Position numbers and translations under genes: made by a program
Origin: Thermodesulfobacteriota bacterium
GTDB taxonomy: Bacteria; Desulfobacterota; Desulfarculia; JACQYL01
Length of the DNA stretch: 64,000 bases
Reading direction: 5' to 3'
NCBI GenBank assembly: GCA_963675595.2
Contig: CAXXLZ010000002.1
Coordinates: 4,224,001-4,288,000 of the forward strand
Part shown: positions 52,745 through 63,600 of the stretch, piece by piece
Layout: each line of letters begins with the position of its first letter
Position numbering within the stretch: the first letter of the stretch is position 1
Notes under the pieces: generated by a model
Database searches by the model: none
Told to the model about the DNA's origin: nothing
The model's input: the letters and a program-made list of their open reading frames with translations, nothing else

Positions 52745-53417
52745 GATCACCCTCCGTAACAGACGATCCATTGTTCAATCGGAAATCCGGCAGAAGATAC
52801 CGAGACCTCCCGAAAGCAAAATGTTGGATTCAGAGAAAAAGCATCCTATAAAAAGATGAAACCGTGCGCAATCGTGATAATCATGAGGTTTTCTCATGAA
52901 ATTCATGAGTTAAATCTGTGGAAATCGCTAGACCAGCTAATGGATTTTATGATATGGAGCAGCGAAAAAAGAGGGGTGCAGGGCGGCCATCGGGTCAACC
53001 CATTACGATCTTTAGACTTTTGGGCGGGCATAGTCTCCGGAGAATGATAACACGGCCGTTACAACGTCGGACATGGACACGACGCGTGGGAAGAACAATC
53101 AAGATCCCTGCAGCGGGGGGATGAAAGCCGAGTCAATCGCAGGGAAATAGTTGATAGCCGCTCAAACCGTCCTATGAATGCAAACACCACCTTCGCCGTG
53201 GACATCTCCGCCGAAAGTGGATTCCGGTGTCGCGAGACTCTGAGACCGGCAGGTGCCCGGGACTACCCTCCGGTGAGCCTGTGCAAGGGAAGCTTCGAGC
53301 CTGCGAACGTGATCAATGACAGACCGCCAACGATCGGTCGGAACATTGGGCGGGTTCGGCGTTTTCGGGGGCGAGATGAAAGGCCTCTTCGCCCGTCTCC
53401 CTAAAGCCCGTTCCGCC

Positions 53418-53870
53418 TCATTTTGTTCCTTTTGAAAGCCTGATCGTTCGAGTAACCGTCTCGTGGGTATCATGGGAGATTCTTCCGTCGGCAAGCATCT
53501 CGTCGGCAAGGTCTTGTGCAGCGGCAAGATCAAGACGCCCGTCTTCAAGCCGATCCCGAAGCTCGTCCTTCATTTCCATGGCCTTTCCATCACGTCGTTT
53601 CAGGATTTGATGATCCTCGGAAAGATCGATCAGGCGATCCATCGACAGGTCCACGGAATCCAGGTCTTCTTCGAACTGCTCTCTTCCCTTCTCGGAGAGA
53701 TAGCGATGAAATTTGTCTTCCCATTCCGGCTGTGAGATGAGTCCTTTGTCGTAAAGGTCATCGTACACTTCGAACTTCCGGTCGGCGCTCAGCTCCTCGG
53801 CCTCCAAAGGCTCTTCCGGCTCAGTTTCGAAGGACAACAACTTCTTCCCCGCCTCCATGAACCAATCCAT
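53418..53870 (-). CDS. Acidic hypothetical protein
   Basis: ORF is open to 54014; GGAGGT RBS favours the ATG at 53870. Confidence 0.6.
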   Translation of the reverse strand: MDWFMEAGKKLLSFETEPEEPLEAEELSADRKFEVYDDLYDKGLISQPEWEDKFHRYLSEKGREQFEEDLDSVDLSMDRLIDLSEDHQILKRRDGKAMEMKDELRDRLEDGRLDLAAAQDLADEMLADGRISHDTHETVTRTIRLSKGTK

Positions 53871-54085
53871 GAGGCCCTCGACCTCCTGATCTTCCTCAAC
53901 AGAATCACAATCGAATTCCTCTTCCCCTCGTTCCCAATCCTTTCTCACGGCAAACCTCCCTTTTCCAATAGAAGTGCTCGGAAAGAAATTTTCGTGTTTT
54001 GATTTTTTTCCCACACGTTTTCGATCGAGGGATCACTGGAGGAGTAAGGCAGGACGAAAACCACCCCAAACAAAAGGAGAAAGCC

Positions 54086-54277
54086 ATGAGATTTTCACGT
54101 CACCCCTTCACTGGAATGCTTCAGGTGGACTTCGGGCTTCCGCTTAGAAGAGACGATTTCAATCTGATTCACGATGTCAACGGAAAGACTGTCAGAAGGA
54201 TAGACGACTTCAACTTGGTTAAGGATACGCTCGACCGAACCGTCGAAATATGGAAGCCCAAAATGTACAATGACTGA
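54086..54277 (+). CDS. Small hypothetical protein with internal DDFNL repeat
   Basis: AAGGAG RBS; RRDDFNLIHD and RIDDFNLVKD. Confidence 0.6.
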   Translation: MRFSRHPFTGMLQVDFGLPLRRDDFNLIHDVNGKTVRRIDDFNLVKDTLDRTVEIWKPKMYND

Positions 54278-54348
54278 TCCCGCTTTAAAAACTGGTCGCA
54301 GCTTCCGCCGATAATTCTATCTCGGCATGAGATAACCGCTCCCTTACC

Positions 54349-54366
54349 GAGCCCCTTCGGGGGCTC
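54349..54366 (+). terminator. GC hairpin with C(UUCG)G loop, possible terminator
   Basis: GAGCCCC-TTCG-GGGGCTC; weak U tract. Confidence 0.35.
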
Positions 54367-54797
54367 ATCTTCATTTCCTTCCAGCCAAAATTCCCACAAG
54401 CCCTGTCGCGGAATAGCTTCGCTTTCGAGACGTCTCGTATCAGCTTCCCTGTCCTTGTTAATCGAGCCGTACCTGAAGAAACCGGTCGGTCGTCCACCGC
54501 AAAATGGTCAAGGTGTATAACGATCTCAGCGGCGTTGAAAAAAGGCGGCATTCGCGGGATATTGGGGGTGCTCAGGAAAACTTCGAACCTTCAAGCCAAC
54601 ACAAGCCTGCCGACTGCCGTCATAAAGGCCCCGCAGAGCCCCTGTTTGAGAAAGATGCCGCATAATATCGGAGGACCCAAGTTGAAGCTTTTCGTAATGG
54701 CTTACAAACCCATCGCTCTAGTCAATGACACTGATGATATACTGACAAAGTCGTATAACCTTTTTTCATCGGATAGGTAGCATTAAGGAGAATAAAA

Positions 54798-55685
54798 GTG
54801 TCCCTATTCACCATACTCAATAATATAGTCAATCACCCTTTTAACAAATACAATAAGGCTGCGGCGATAGCCATATTTGTAGGTTGGCAAATCGGTAGCA
54901 GATTAGTTCCAGGTGATGTTATTTTTGAATGGGTAAATAATTCCAAACTTGTGGCCAGAACAGGTGAAATTGTTGTTACCGGTAATATTTACTGTGGTCT
55001 TCTTGAATTTCAAGATATGGGTTTCTTGCTTCACGTTTTGAGAGAAAGAGATATTTTTGTTGATATTGGAGCTAATGTTGGAGCCTACACTATTCTGGCA
55101 AGTGCAGCTATTGGTGCAAGCTCCTATTGCTTTGAACCAGTCCCATCAACATACCGTAGGCTAATGACAAATATTAGGCTAAACGCATTAGATAAAAAAG
55201 TTATTTCATTAAATATGGCACTTGGAAATGCAAGAAAACAATTGCTATTTTCTTCAGATGAAAGTGGCACCAGCCATGTCTTGGCAGATAATGAGAAAAC
55301 TAAGAACGAAATTACTGTAAATTGTTCCACTCTTGATGAGGAGCTGAAAGGTGACCCATTTCTAATAAAGATTGATGTGGAAGGATATGAAACTCCAGTA
55401 CTGGAAGGTGCACAACATTCACTTAAGAATCCCAATCTTTGTGGAGTGATTATTGAATTGAACGATTCAGGACAAAGATACGGTTTTGATGAACAAACGA
55501 TATTGCAAATGATGTTTGATCATGGATTTAAAACCTATTCATATTGTCCTTTTGAAAGAAAGCTAAGAATTTTGGGAGGTAAGAACGAATATGAAGGGAA
55601 TACAATTTTTGTAAAGAATATCGATCGCGTCCTAAATAGAATCAATAAAGCTCCAAAGTTTGCTGTTCATGGGGTGTCAATATAG
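54798..55685 (+). CDS. FkbM-family SAM-dependent methyltransferase (AT-rich cargo)
   Basis: FVDIGANVGAYT, FEPVP, LIKIDVEGYE. Confidence 0.9.
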   Translation: MSLFTILNNIVNHPFNKYNKAAAIAIFVGWQIGSRLVPGDVIFEWVNNSKLVARTGEIVVTGNIYCGLLEFQDMGFLLHVLRERDIFVDIGANVGAYTILASAAIGASSYCFEPVPSTYRRLMTNIRLNALDKKVISLNMALGNARKQLLFSSDESGTSHVLADNEKTKNEITVNCSTLDEELKGDPFLIKIDVEGYETPVLEGAQHSLKNPNLCGVIIELNDSGQRYGFDEQTILQMMFDHGFKTYSYCPFERKLRILGGKNEYEGNTIFVKNIDRVLNRINKAPKFAVHGVSI

Positions 55686-55807
55686 GTGGATGCATAATCA
55701 AATTAGCTCTACCAGGACTTTAAGGCTTTACGAAGAGGGCAGTGCTCAACTTTAAATCGTGCCGCCCGGTAATTACGGGACGTCGACCATTCCTCCTCCG
55801 ACGACAA

Positions 55808-55999
55808 TTAGAATTCCCGAAGGTCTCCAACGTCGTTCGCAGGCCGGCGTTCTGCTCGATCCGGTCGGTGCAAGGAATTCCGCTCCGAACTCTGCCTGCA
55901 CCAGAACAAATGGGCGTTACCGCGCTTCCGTTCCCGCCACCAGTCCGAAAGGGTCTCATCTTCCTCAAAAGGATGCGTAATCCGAAGTTCCTGTTTCAT
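55808..55999 (-). CDS. Short hypothetical protein, possibly a degraded backbone gene
   Basis: ATG 22 nt after CGACAGG-TTTAAATA (56036-56022). Confidence 0.4.
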   Translation of the reverse strand: MKQELRITHPFEEDETLSDWWRERKRGNAHLFWCRQSSERNSLHRPDRAERRPANDVGDLREF

Positions 56000-56072
56000 G
56001 GCCACCATTACGGCACGGTGGTATTTAAACCTGTCGAAAAGGGCTCACGAAGAGCCCTCTTCCAACCTACAC

Positions 56073-56945
56073 TCAATCCAGAACGATCTTTCTCCGCGGC
56101 TGGTTTATCAGTTCCCGCACTTGGTCATGCACGGAAGCCATCGCTTCGCGAATCCGGTTCTTGAGGTAACCGCTTTCGCGAATGGACTCGGGCGACCTTC
56201 CGTCGAGCACCGACTCCGCCTGCTGCACGAGTTCCGCCAAGCCATTGTCGTCAAAGACGTTTCTTTGCTTGAAGTGTTCGAAGAACTCGTAGAAGTTCGT
56301 CACCGTCGTTCCTTTGAACTTCTTTGCTTCACCGTCCGGCCCGATACTGAAGCGCTCGCAGATATGCCCGACAAGGTCAGCGAACTCCTCTCGAAGACTC
56401 TGCACGGCAAGCTCACGAGCCTCTTCCATGGTTTGGATGAATTTTCGCTTTTCGCGCTCATACACTTCCGGCGCCAGGAGACCGAACCTGCCGTTGGGGA
56501 CATCAAGAGCCACAAACCGCCACTCGAATGAAAACCGCCTATGAATATCCACGGGGTAGTCCTGCTCATTGAACAGGTCACCGAGGTAGGCAATGGCAGA
56601 GTCCCTGAGCGCCGGATATCGTGAAGCAAAATCGTTGACGAGGTAGCCGAACTCAGATTGAAGCTCCCGCAACTTCTCGTCCACCTCAGTAATCAAGTCT
56701 TTCGGCACGAACATCATGCCGTGGATGGGAAAGGGCAGACTGACCGATGTGAGGTAGAGCCGGGAATTGCCGGCCAACTTCGCAATGGGTTTCAGGCTTT
56801 CCGGGTCCACGAGCTTTTTCGTTGCATGAAGCCATTCGTGGTTGCTGGTCATTTGAGCGAGTTTTCCCTGATCGATCTTTCTTCTCGCTCCCCACATGCT
56901 GATGGAGAGTTGCACCAGGCATCCTTTTTCGAAAATGTTTTCCAT
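56073..56945 (-). CDS. DUF3150-like protein
   Basis: LVQLSISMWGARRK...ATKKLVDP...SLPFPIHG; GAAAGGAG RBS. Confidence 0.72.
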   Translation of the reverse strand: MENIFEKGCLVQLSISMWGARRKIDQGKLAQMTSNHEWLHATKKLVDPESLKPIAKLAGNSRLYLTSVSLPFPIHGMMFVPKDLITEVDEKLRELQSEFGYLVNDFASRYPALRDSAIAYLGDLFNEQDYPVDIHRRFSFEWRFVALDVPNGRFGLLAPEVYEREKRKFIQTMEEARELAVQSLREEFADLVGHICERFSIGPDGEAKKFKGTTVTNFYEFFEHFKQRNVFDDNGLAELVQQAESVLDGRSPESIRESGYLKNRIREAMASVHDQVRELINQPRRKIVLD

Positions 56946-56962
56946 CGCCGTCTCCTTTCAGA

Positions 56963-57001
56963 GAAAAGAAAACCCCGATCTCCGACTAACGGAAACCGGG
57001 G
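56963..57001 (-). terminator. Intrinsic terminator
   Basis: CCCCGGTTTCCG-TTAGT-CGGAGATCGGGG followed by TTTTCTTTTC. Confidence 0.6.
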
Positions 57002-57037
57002 CATGCGTTGATTTGTGGTTACAGTGTCGGCGGAAGG

Positions 57038-57238
57038 TCAGCCGCAAAGAGGCAGATACTTCTTAACCGACTCCTTCTCCTCCTGGTAATAGGCCGGTGT
57101 AAGTTCCCGCAAAGTTTCCGCTCCGAGAACCTCTTTCAGGAATTTCGATTCCTCGATACAAGCCTTGCCCTTGAACCCTCTGGTTTCGAGCTTGATCTCG
57201 CCATCCATGGATACTTCCACAATGATTTCCTTCATCAC
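57038..57238 (-). CDS. DUF2997-family protein
   Basis: IIVEVSMDGEIKLETRGFKGKAC...LTPAYYQ. Confidence 0.8.
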   Translation of the reverse strand: MMKEIIVEVSMDGEIKLETRGFKGKACIEESKFLKEVLGAETLRELTPAYYQEEKESVKKYLPLCG

Positions 57239-57244
57239 AGCCTC

Positions 57245-57616
57245 CTACATCCGGACGTGGAGCCGGATTGCATTTTCGGTTTTCTTTTCGATCACCGTGT
57301 AGCCTTTACGCCGCGCTTCGGTCCGGGTCTTCTCCACCGCATAGGCCTGCTTCAACAGTCCTCCGTTTACGCCGATTGCTTTTTCCACGTTAGGGTCGTA
57401 GAAGTCGCACTGAAGTTCATACCTGTCATCCATCCTCTGAACGCCGATTTCATAATCCGCACCGGGCAATCGAATGGCATGCTCGCACGCGGCGTTGTTT
57501 CCGTACCACCGGAACTCTTTCCTGCCTTCGAGGAAAATCAGACCCAGCCGATTACACGCAGACTTCAGGACAGCGAGGTCCTTTACTTCGAGTTCGATTT
57601 TGACGATATGACTCAT
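57245..57616 (-). CDS. DUF1257 (Ycf35-like) protein
   Basis: MSHIVKIELEVKDLAVLKSACNRLG...YEIGV...LLKQAYA...GYTV. Confidence 0.8.
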   Translation of the reverse strand: MSHIVKIELEVKDLAVLKSACNRLGLIFLEGRKEFRWYGNNAACEHAIRLPGADYEIGVQRMDDRYELQCDFYDPNVEKAIGVNGGLLKQAYAVEKTRTEARRKGYTVIEKKTENAIRLHVRM

Positions 57617-60600
57617 CGTATCCTCCGGATCGTTCTGATAGGTTCTTCGTCCCTTCGGCTCGCTCTCCTCGCCCGATTCTCAGCCCAATCCCGGAGCGCT
57701 GAGAGCTGCTCCTTCATGGTTTTGGAAAGCGGAACAATGGTTTCACGGGCGTTTTCCAGGCCATCGAACAGCGAATCCTTGGCCAGCTGCTCGATCTCAG
57801 CGCCTGTCCATTCAGTGAGTTCAGCTGCATACTCGGAAGGTATTTCCGAACCGTATCGTTGATTCATGATTTCGATGATGGCTTCGCGCTCGCTTCTGTT
57901 CGGGATATCCACAAAGAACAGGGCATCAAACCTCCCCGATCGCAGAAACTCAGGCGGAAGCCCCGAGATATCATTGGCGGTTGCCATGACCAGAATCGGA
58001 CTGGTAGTCTCTTGAAGCCACAAGAGCAGATGGCCGAACATGGACGAGGTGGTACCGCCGTCCGTCGCCCCCGAACTTTTGACCCCGGACAGCACGTAGG
58101 GTAGGCAGCGGCCCTCCTGCAGAAGCAGGCTAAGCCGCCACCCCCCTCCGAACCGTACGTGCGGCTTTCACCGCATACGGCTCTCTACTTACACTTACCT
58201 GGAAATCTCAGGTCAGGCAGAGTCCCGTCATGGAGTTGCCGATGGCAGTGAACGCACAAGACCAGGGTTTTCCGATTGCGTTCACGCATCAGCTCTTTCC
58301 ATGGTTCGTTGCCATCAGCAACGGCACTCATACTCCCGGCGTGGTGCACCTCAAAGTAGCCGCCTGCACGCCCGCAGAACTCGCATTTCTGAGCCCTCAA
58401 ACGAGAAAGGATATCAGAGTACGTGGCCCGATACTTCTTTGTATTGGGTACACTGTCGAGATTCTGCAACAGGGAAGAGCGGTAAAATTTGAGGTCCTTC
58501 AACCTGAAGAGCCGAGTGGTGCGTAATTTCCCATGGTACCATTCGGTAATAGCGTATTCCCCCGGTTCAACCTTCAGACGCCTCCTCACTGTTCTCTTGC
58601 TGCAGCGGTGTTTTCGGGCAAATGTTCTCGTCAAACTTCGGAACCAGACGGACTGCAGTTTCTGCAATGCCCGAACTGCCCCTTGAGCGAGAACATAGTA
58701 ATTGGCAAAGCCCCTCAACTCCGCGTTGTAAATCGTGAGGATTTGTGTATCCATTAGGTTGACCAAGTTAAGTCGGGGCATGACTTCAAAGTTCTCATAG
58801 TTGCCATATCCGTTCTTCTTGCAGAACGCCGCCATCTTATCGCTTGGGACTTTAAGCTGGATTCGACCAGCCCCAAGCCTCCTGGTCGTGTAGGTCCCGC
58901 CAAGTTTTACCTTGACCGATTTTCCCACCGGGTAGGTTGTGATGTCATACCCGAGGAAGCGCGTTTCCTCAGTACAATGACGGAGGCCTGATTTCTCTTC
59001 GGAGATCTGCAGGCGCAAATGTTCTTGGACAAAACCACGAACAGTCTGCATGACCTGCCTGCAATCCTCCTTGGAGCCGATCATGCCGATGAGAAAATCA
59101 TCGGCGTACCGGATATACATCAGTCTCTTGTAACCTTCGTCATGGAAATCCAAGGAAGGGACTAAACGTCGCATCCTGCAATGTTCCCGAAGTTCGGCTT
59201 CTATTTCTTTGAGCTTTTCGGTCTCCCCAGCCTGCTGAGCCCGGGCGAACCTTATCCTTTGACGACGGACCAGATACTGATAGCGGAGATACTCTTCGTT
59301 CCGGCGTCTTCGCTTTCCCTTGTTGAATTCCTGAACCAGACTTTCCATGAACTCGTCGAGCTCATGAAGGTAAATATTGGCTAGGATCGGGGAAATAATT
59401 CCACCTTGAGGAGTTCCACTATACGTGGCATGGTATTTCCAATCATCAATATAGCCGGCCTTAAGCATGGCCTTGATGAGATTGATGAAACGCCTGTCGT
59501 CAATCCGTTTCTCCAACAGTCTTATCAACACCTTATGGTCGATATTGTCGAAGAAACCCCGGATATCCATGTCGATGATCCACTTAACGCCGGTCCAGTA
59601 TTTCTGAAGATACCGCAAAGCGGTATGACACGATCTTTCCGGACGAAATCCATGCGAGCGATCAGAAAAGATCGGCTCGTAGATTCGTTCCAGAATCGCT
59701 CGTGTCACTTCCTGGATCAGCTTGTCATCTCCGGAAGGTATGCCCAAGGGTCGCAACTTACCGTTGGCCTTGGGGATGTAAACGCGTTTTGATGGTTTGA
59801 ACTTGTAACGACCGTCTTTGAGCAGCTTAATAATGTTCTTTGCCCGCTCATCGGAAAAGCCGTCCAGGGTCACGCCGTCCACGCCCTTCGTCATAGCACC
59901 TTTGTTTGAATAGATATTGGCGTAGGCGTCTTCCCATAAAGTCGGGTTTTCCATGAGCCGAAATAGGCCGTTAACACGTTTCCCCTGCTTGGAGAGTTTT
60001 CCAAGAGCGTTCAACCTCTTGATGGTCGTAGCGGACAGCATCAGCACATCCTCCTTTCAGAGTGTTGAACACGTTGCATAAGCTGTCTTCCTTCCCCCGG
60101 ATAGAGGACCCTTCGTCGATGTCGCCACCGACTTATAGCCATATCCGTATCCCGCAATTGCGAGATCTGCAGAACCCATTACAGGCCCACCTTGGGTACT
60201 ATGAAGACTCCGTCGCCATACAGGTCCGAGCCGTGTGCTCGTGACCAGCTTAGGCGATCCCGCATTTACGCCAGATCAAAGATTCGCCGTGGTTAGGTCT
60301 CCCGTTCGTCCCTTTTATCCTTCTCGTCGAAGGCATGCCGGACAGACGGAATATGCAGGTCGAAAAGTGGGCCTACATACAGTCCGGACTGGCGTTTCAG
60401 CTACTTTCACCAGTGCCCGAGCTACGGCCATGAGGACTGGGGTTCAAGCAGTTTAGCCTTGACCATACACGGCTTACGCTGACATCATCGTTGGTCGTAG
60501 CTACCTTCTTTGATGCCTTTTCCCAACATGCTGCACTCCCCCCTCCCTTTCGGGACAAGGACCATTGCTGGTCAGAGATAAGTTGGGTGCGTACAGGATA

Positions 60601-63600
60601 TTTCCGTAATCTTGGTGACTTCCGTCACACTCCTATCTGGCGCCAATACGGCGCACGTAGGGTAGGCAGCGGCCCTCCTGCAGAAGCAGGCTAAGCCGCC
60701 ACCCCCCTCCGAACCGTACGTGCGGCTTTCACCGCATACGGCTCTCTACTTACACTTACCTGGAAATCTCAGGTCAGGCAGAGTCCCGTCATGGAGTTGC
60801 CGATGGCAGTGAACGCACAAGACCAGGGTTTTCCGATTGCGTTCACGCATCAGCTCTTTCCATGGTTCGTTGCCATCAGCAACGGCACTCATACTCCCGG
60901 CGTGGTGCACCTCAAAGTAGCCGCCTGCACGCCCGCAGAACTCGCATTTCTGAGCCCTCAAACGAGAAAGGATATCAGAGTACGTGGCCCGATACTTCTT
61001 TGTATTGGGTACACTGTCGAGATTCTGCAACAGGGAAGAGCGGTAAAATTTGAGGTCCTTCAACCTGAAGAGCCGAGTGGTGCGTAATTTCCCATGGTAC
61101 CATTCGGTAATAGCGTATTCCCCCGGTTCAACCTTCAGACGCCTCCTCACTGTTCTCTTGCTGCAGCGGTGTTTTCGGGCGAATGTTCTCGTCAAACTTC
61201 GGAACCAGACGGACTGCAGTTTCTGCAATGCCCGAACTGCCCCTTGAGCGAGAACATAGTAATTGGCAAAGCCCCTCAACTCCGCGTTGTAAATCGTGAG
61301 GATTTGTGTATCCATTAGGTTGACCAAGTTAAGTCGGGGCATGACTTCAAAGTTCTCATAGTTGCCATATCCGTTCTTCTTGCAGAACGCCGCCATCTTA
61401 TCGCTTGGGACTTTAAGCTGGATTCGACCAGCCCCAAGCCTCCTGGTCGTGTAGGTCCCGCCAAGTTTTACCTTGACCGATTTTCCCACCGGGTAGGTTG
61501 TGATGTCATACCCGAGGAAGCGCGTTTCCTCAGTACAATGACGGAGGCCTGATTTCTCTTCGGAGATCTGCAGGCGCAAATGTTCTTGGACAAAACCACG
61601 AACAGTCTGCATGACCTGCCTGCAATCCTCCTTGGAGCCGATCATGCCGATGAGAAAATCATCGGCGTACCGGATATACATCAGTCTCTTGTAACCTTCG
61701 TCATGGAAATCCAAGGAAGGGACTAAACGTCGCATCCTGCAATGTTCCCGAAGTTCGGCTTCTATTTCTTTGAGCTTTTCGGTCTCCCCAGCCTGCTGAG
61801 CCCGGGCGAACCTTATCCTTTGACGACGGACCAGATACTGATAGCGGAGATACTCTTCGTTCCGGCGTCTTCGCTTTCCCTTGTTGAATTCCTGAACCAG
61901 ACTTTCCATGAACTCGTCGAGCTCATGAAGGTAAATATTGGCTAGGATCGGGGAAATAATTCCACCTTGAGGAGTTCCACTATACGTGGCATGGTATTTC
62001 CAATCATCAATATAGCCGGCCTTAAGCATGGCCTTGATGAGATTGATGAAACGCCTGTCGTCAATCCGTTTCTCCAACAGTCTTATCAACACCTTATGGT
62101 CGATATTGTCGAAGAAACCCCGGATATCCATGTCGATGATCCACTTAACGCCGGTCCAGTATTTCTGAAGATACCGCAAAGCGGTATGACACGATCTTTC
62201 CGGACGAAATCCATGCGAGCGATCAGAAAAGATCGGCTCGTAGATTCGTTCCAGAATCGCTCGTGTCACTTCCTGGATCAGCTTGTCATCTCCGGAAGGT
62301 ATGCCCAAGGGTCGCAACTTACCGTTGGCCTTGGGGATGTAAACGCGTTTTGATGGTTTGAACTTGTAACGACCGTCTTTGAGCAGCTTAATAATGTTCT
62401 TTGCCCGCTCATCGGAAAAGCCGTCCAGGGTCACGCCGTCCACGCCCTTCGTCATAGCACCTTTGTTTGAATAGATATTGGCGTAGGCGTCTTCCCATAA
62501 AGTCGGGTTTTCCATGAGCCGAAATAGGCCGTTAACACGTTTCCCCTGCTTGGAGAGTTTTCCAAGAGCGTTCAACCTCTTGATGGTCGTAGCGGACAGC
62601 ATCAGCACATCCTCCTTTCAGAGTGTTGAACACGTTGCATAAGCTGTCTTCCTTCCCCCGGATAGAGGACCCTTCGTCGATGTCGCCACCGACTTATAGC
62701 CATATCCGTATCCCGCAATTGCGAGATCTGCAGAACCCATTACAGGCCCACCTTGGGTACTATGAAGACTCCGTCGCCATACAGGTCCGAGCCGTGTGCT
62801 CGTGACCAGCTTAGGCGATCCCGCATTTACGCCAGATCAAAGATTCGCCGTGGTTAGGTCTCCCGTTCGTCCCTTTTATCCTTCTCGTCGAAGGCATGCC
62901 GGACAGACGGAATATGCAGGTCGAAAAGTGGGCCTACATACAGTCCGGACTGGCGTTTCAGCTACTTTCACCAGTGCCCGAGCTACGGCCATGAGGACTG
63001 GGGTTCAAGCAGTTTAGCCTTGACCATACACGGCTTACGCTGACATCATCGTTGGTCGTAGCTACCTTCTTTGATGCCTTTTCCCAACATGCTGCACTCC
63101 CCCCTCCCTTTCGGGACAAGGACCATTGCTGGTCAGAGATAAGTTGGGTGCGTACAGGATATTTCCGTAATCTTGGTGACTTCCGTCACACTCCTATCTG
63201 GCGCCAATACGGCGCACCTTCTCGAGTTCATCGCACCAGATCACCGCTTTCCCGAAAGCATCAATCGTTGCAGTAGCTTGCCTCATCTTACGTTCGCTCT
63301 CTCCGACGAGAGAACCTTTCAAAGCGGACAAATCCAACCGGATGAGCGGCCATCCGAGGATCGAAGCGGCTGCTTTGCAGGAGAGCGATTTCCCGCAGCC
63401 CGGCACCCCTACCAAAAGTAACGCCTTGGGCCTCGGCAGATGCTCGTTTCCAGGCTCGAAGGCTTTCTTTCGGTTGTTGATGTACTCCTTCAGGAGATCG
63501 AGGCCTCCGACTTCCTCGATGGACACCGGCGGCCAGAACTCCATCAGTCCCGTGCGTTTGATCATCTGCTTTTTCTGCTCGGTAACGATCTCCCTGCAGA

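Noticed and set aside
58185-62608. RT pair as a retron, DGR or defence RT system
   Set aside because: Both have maturase and HNH domains, domain V/VI RNA and GTGCG...AC ends, so they are group II introns.
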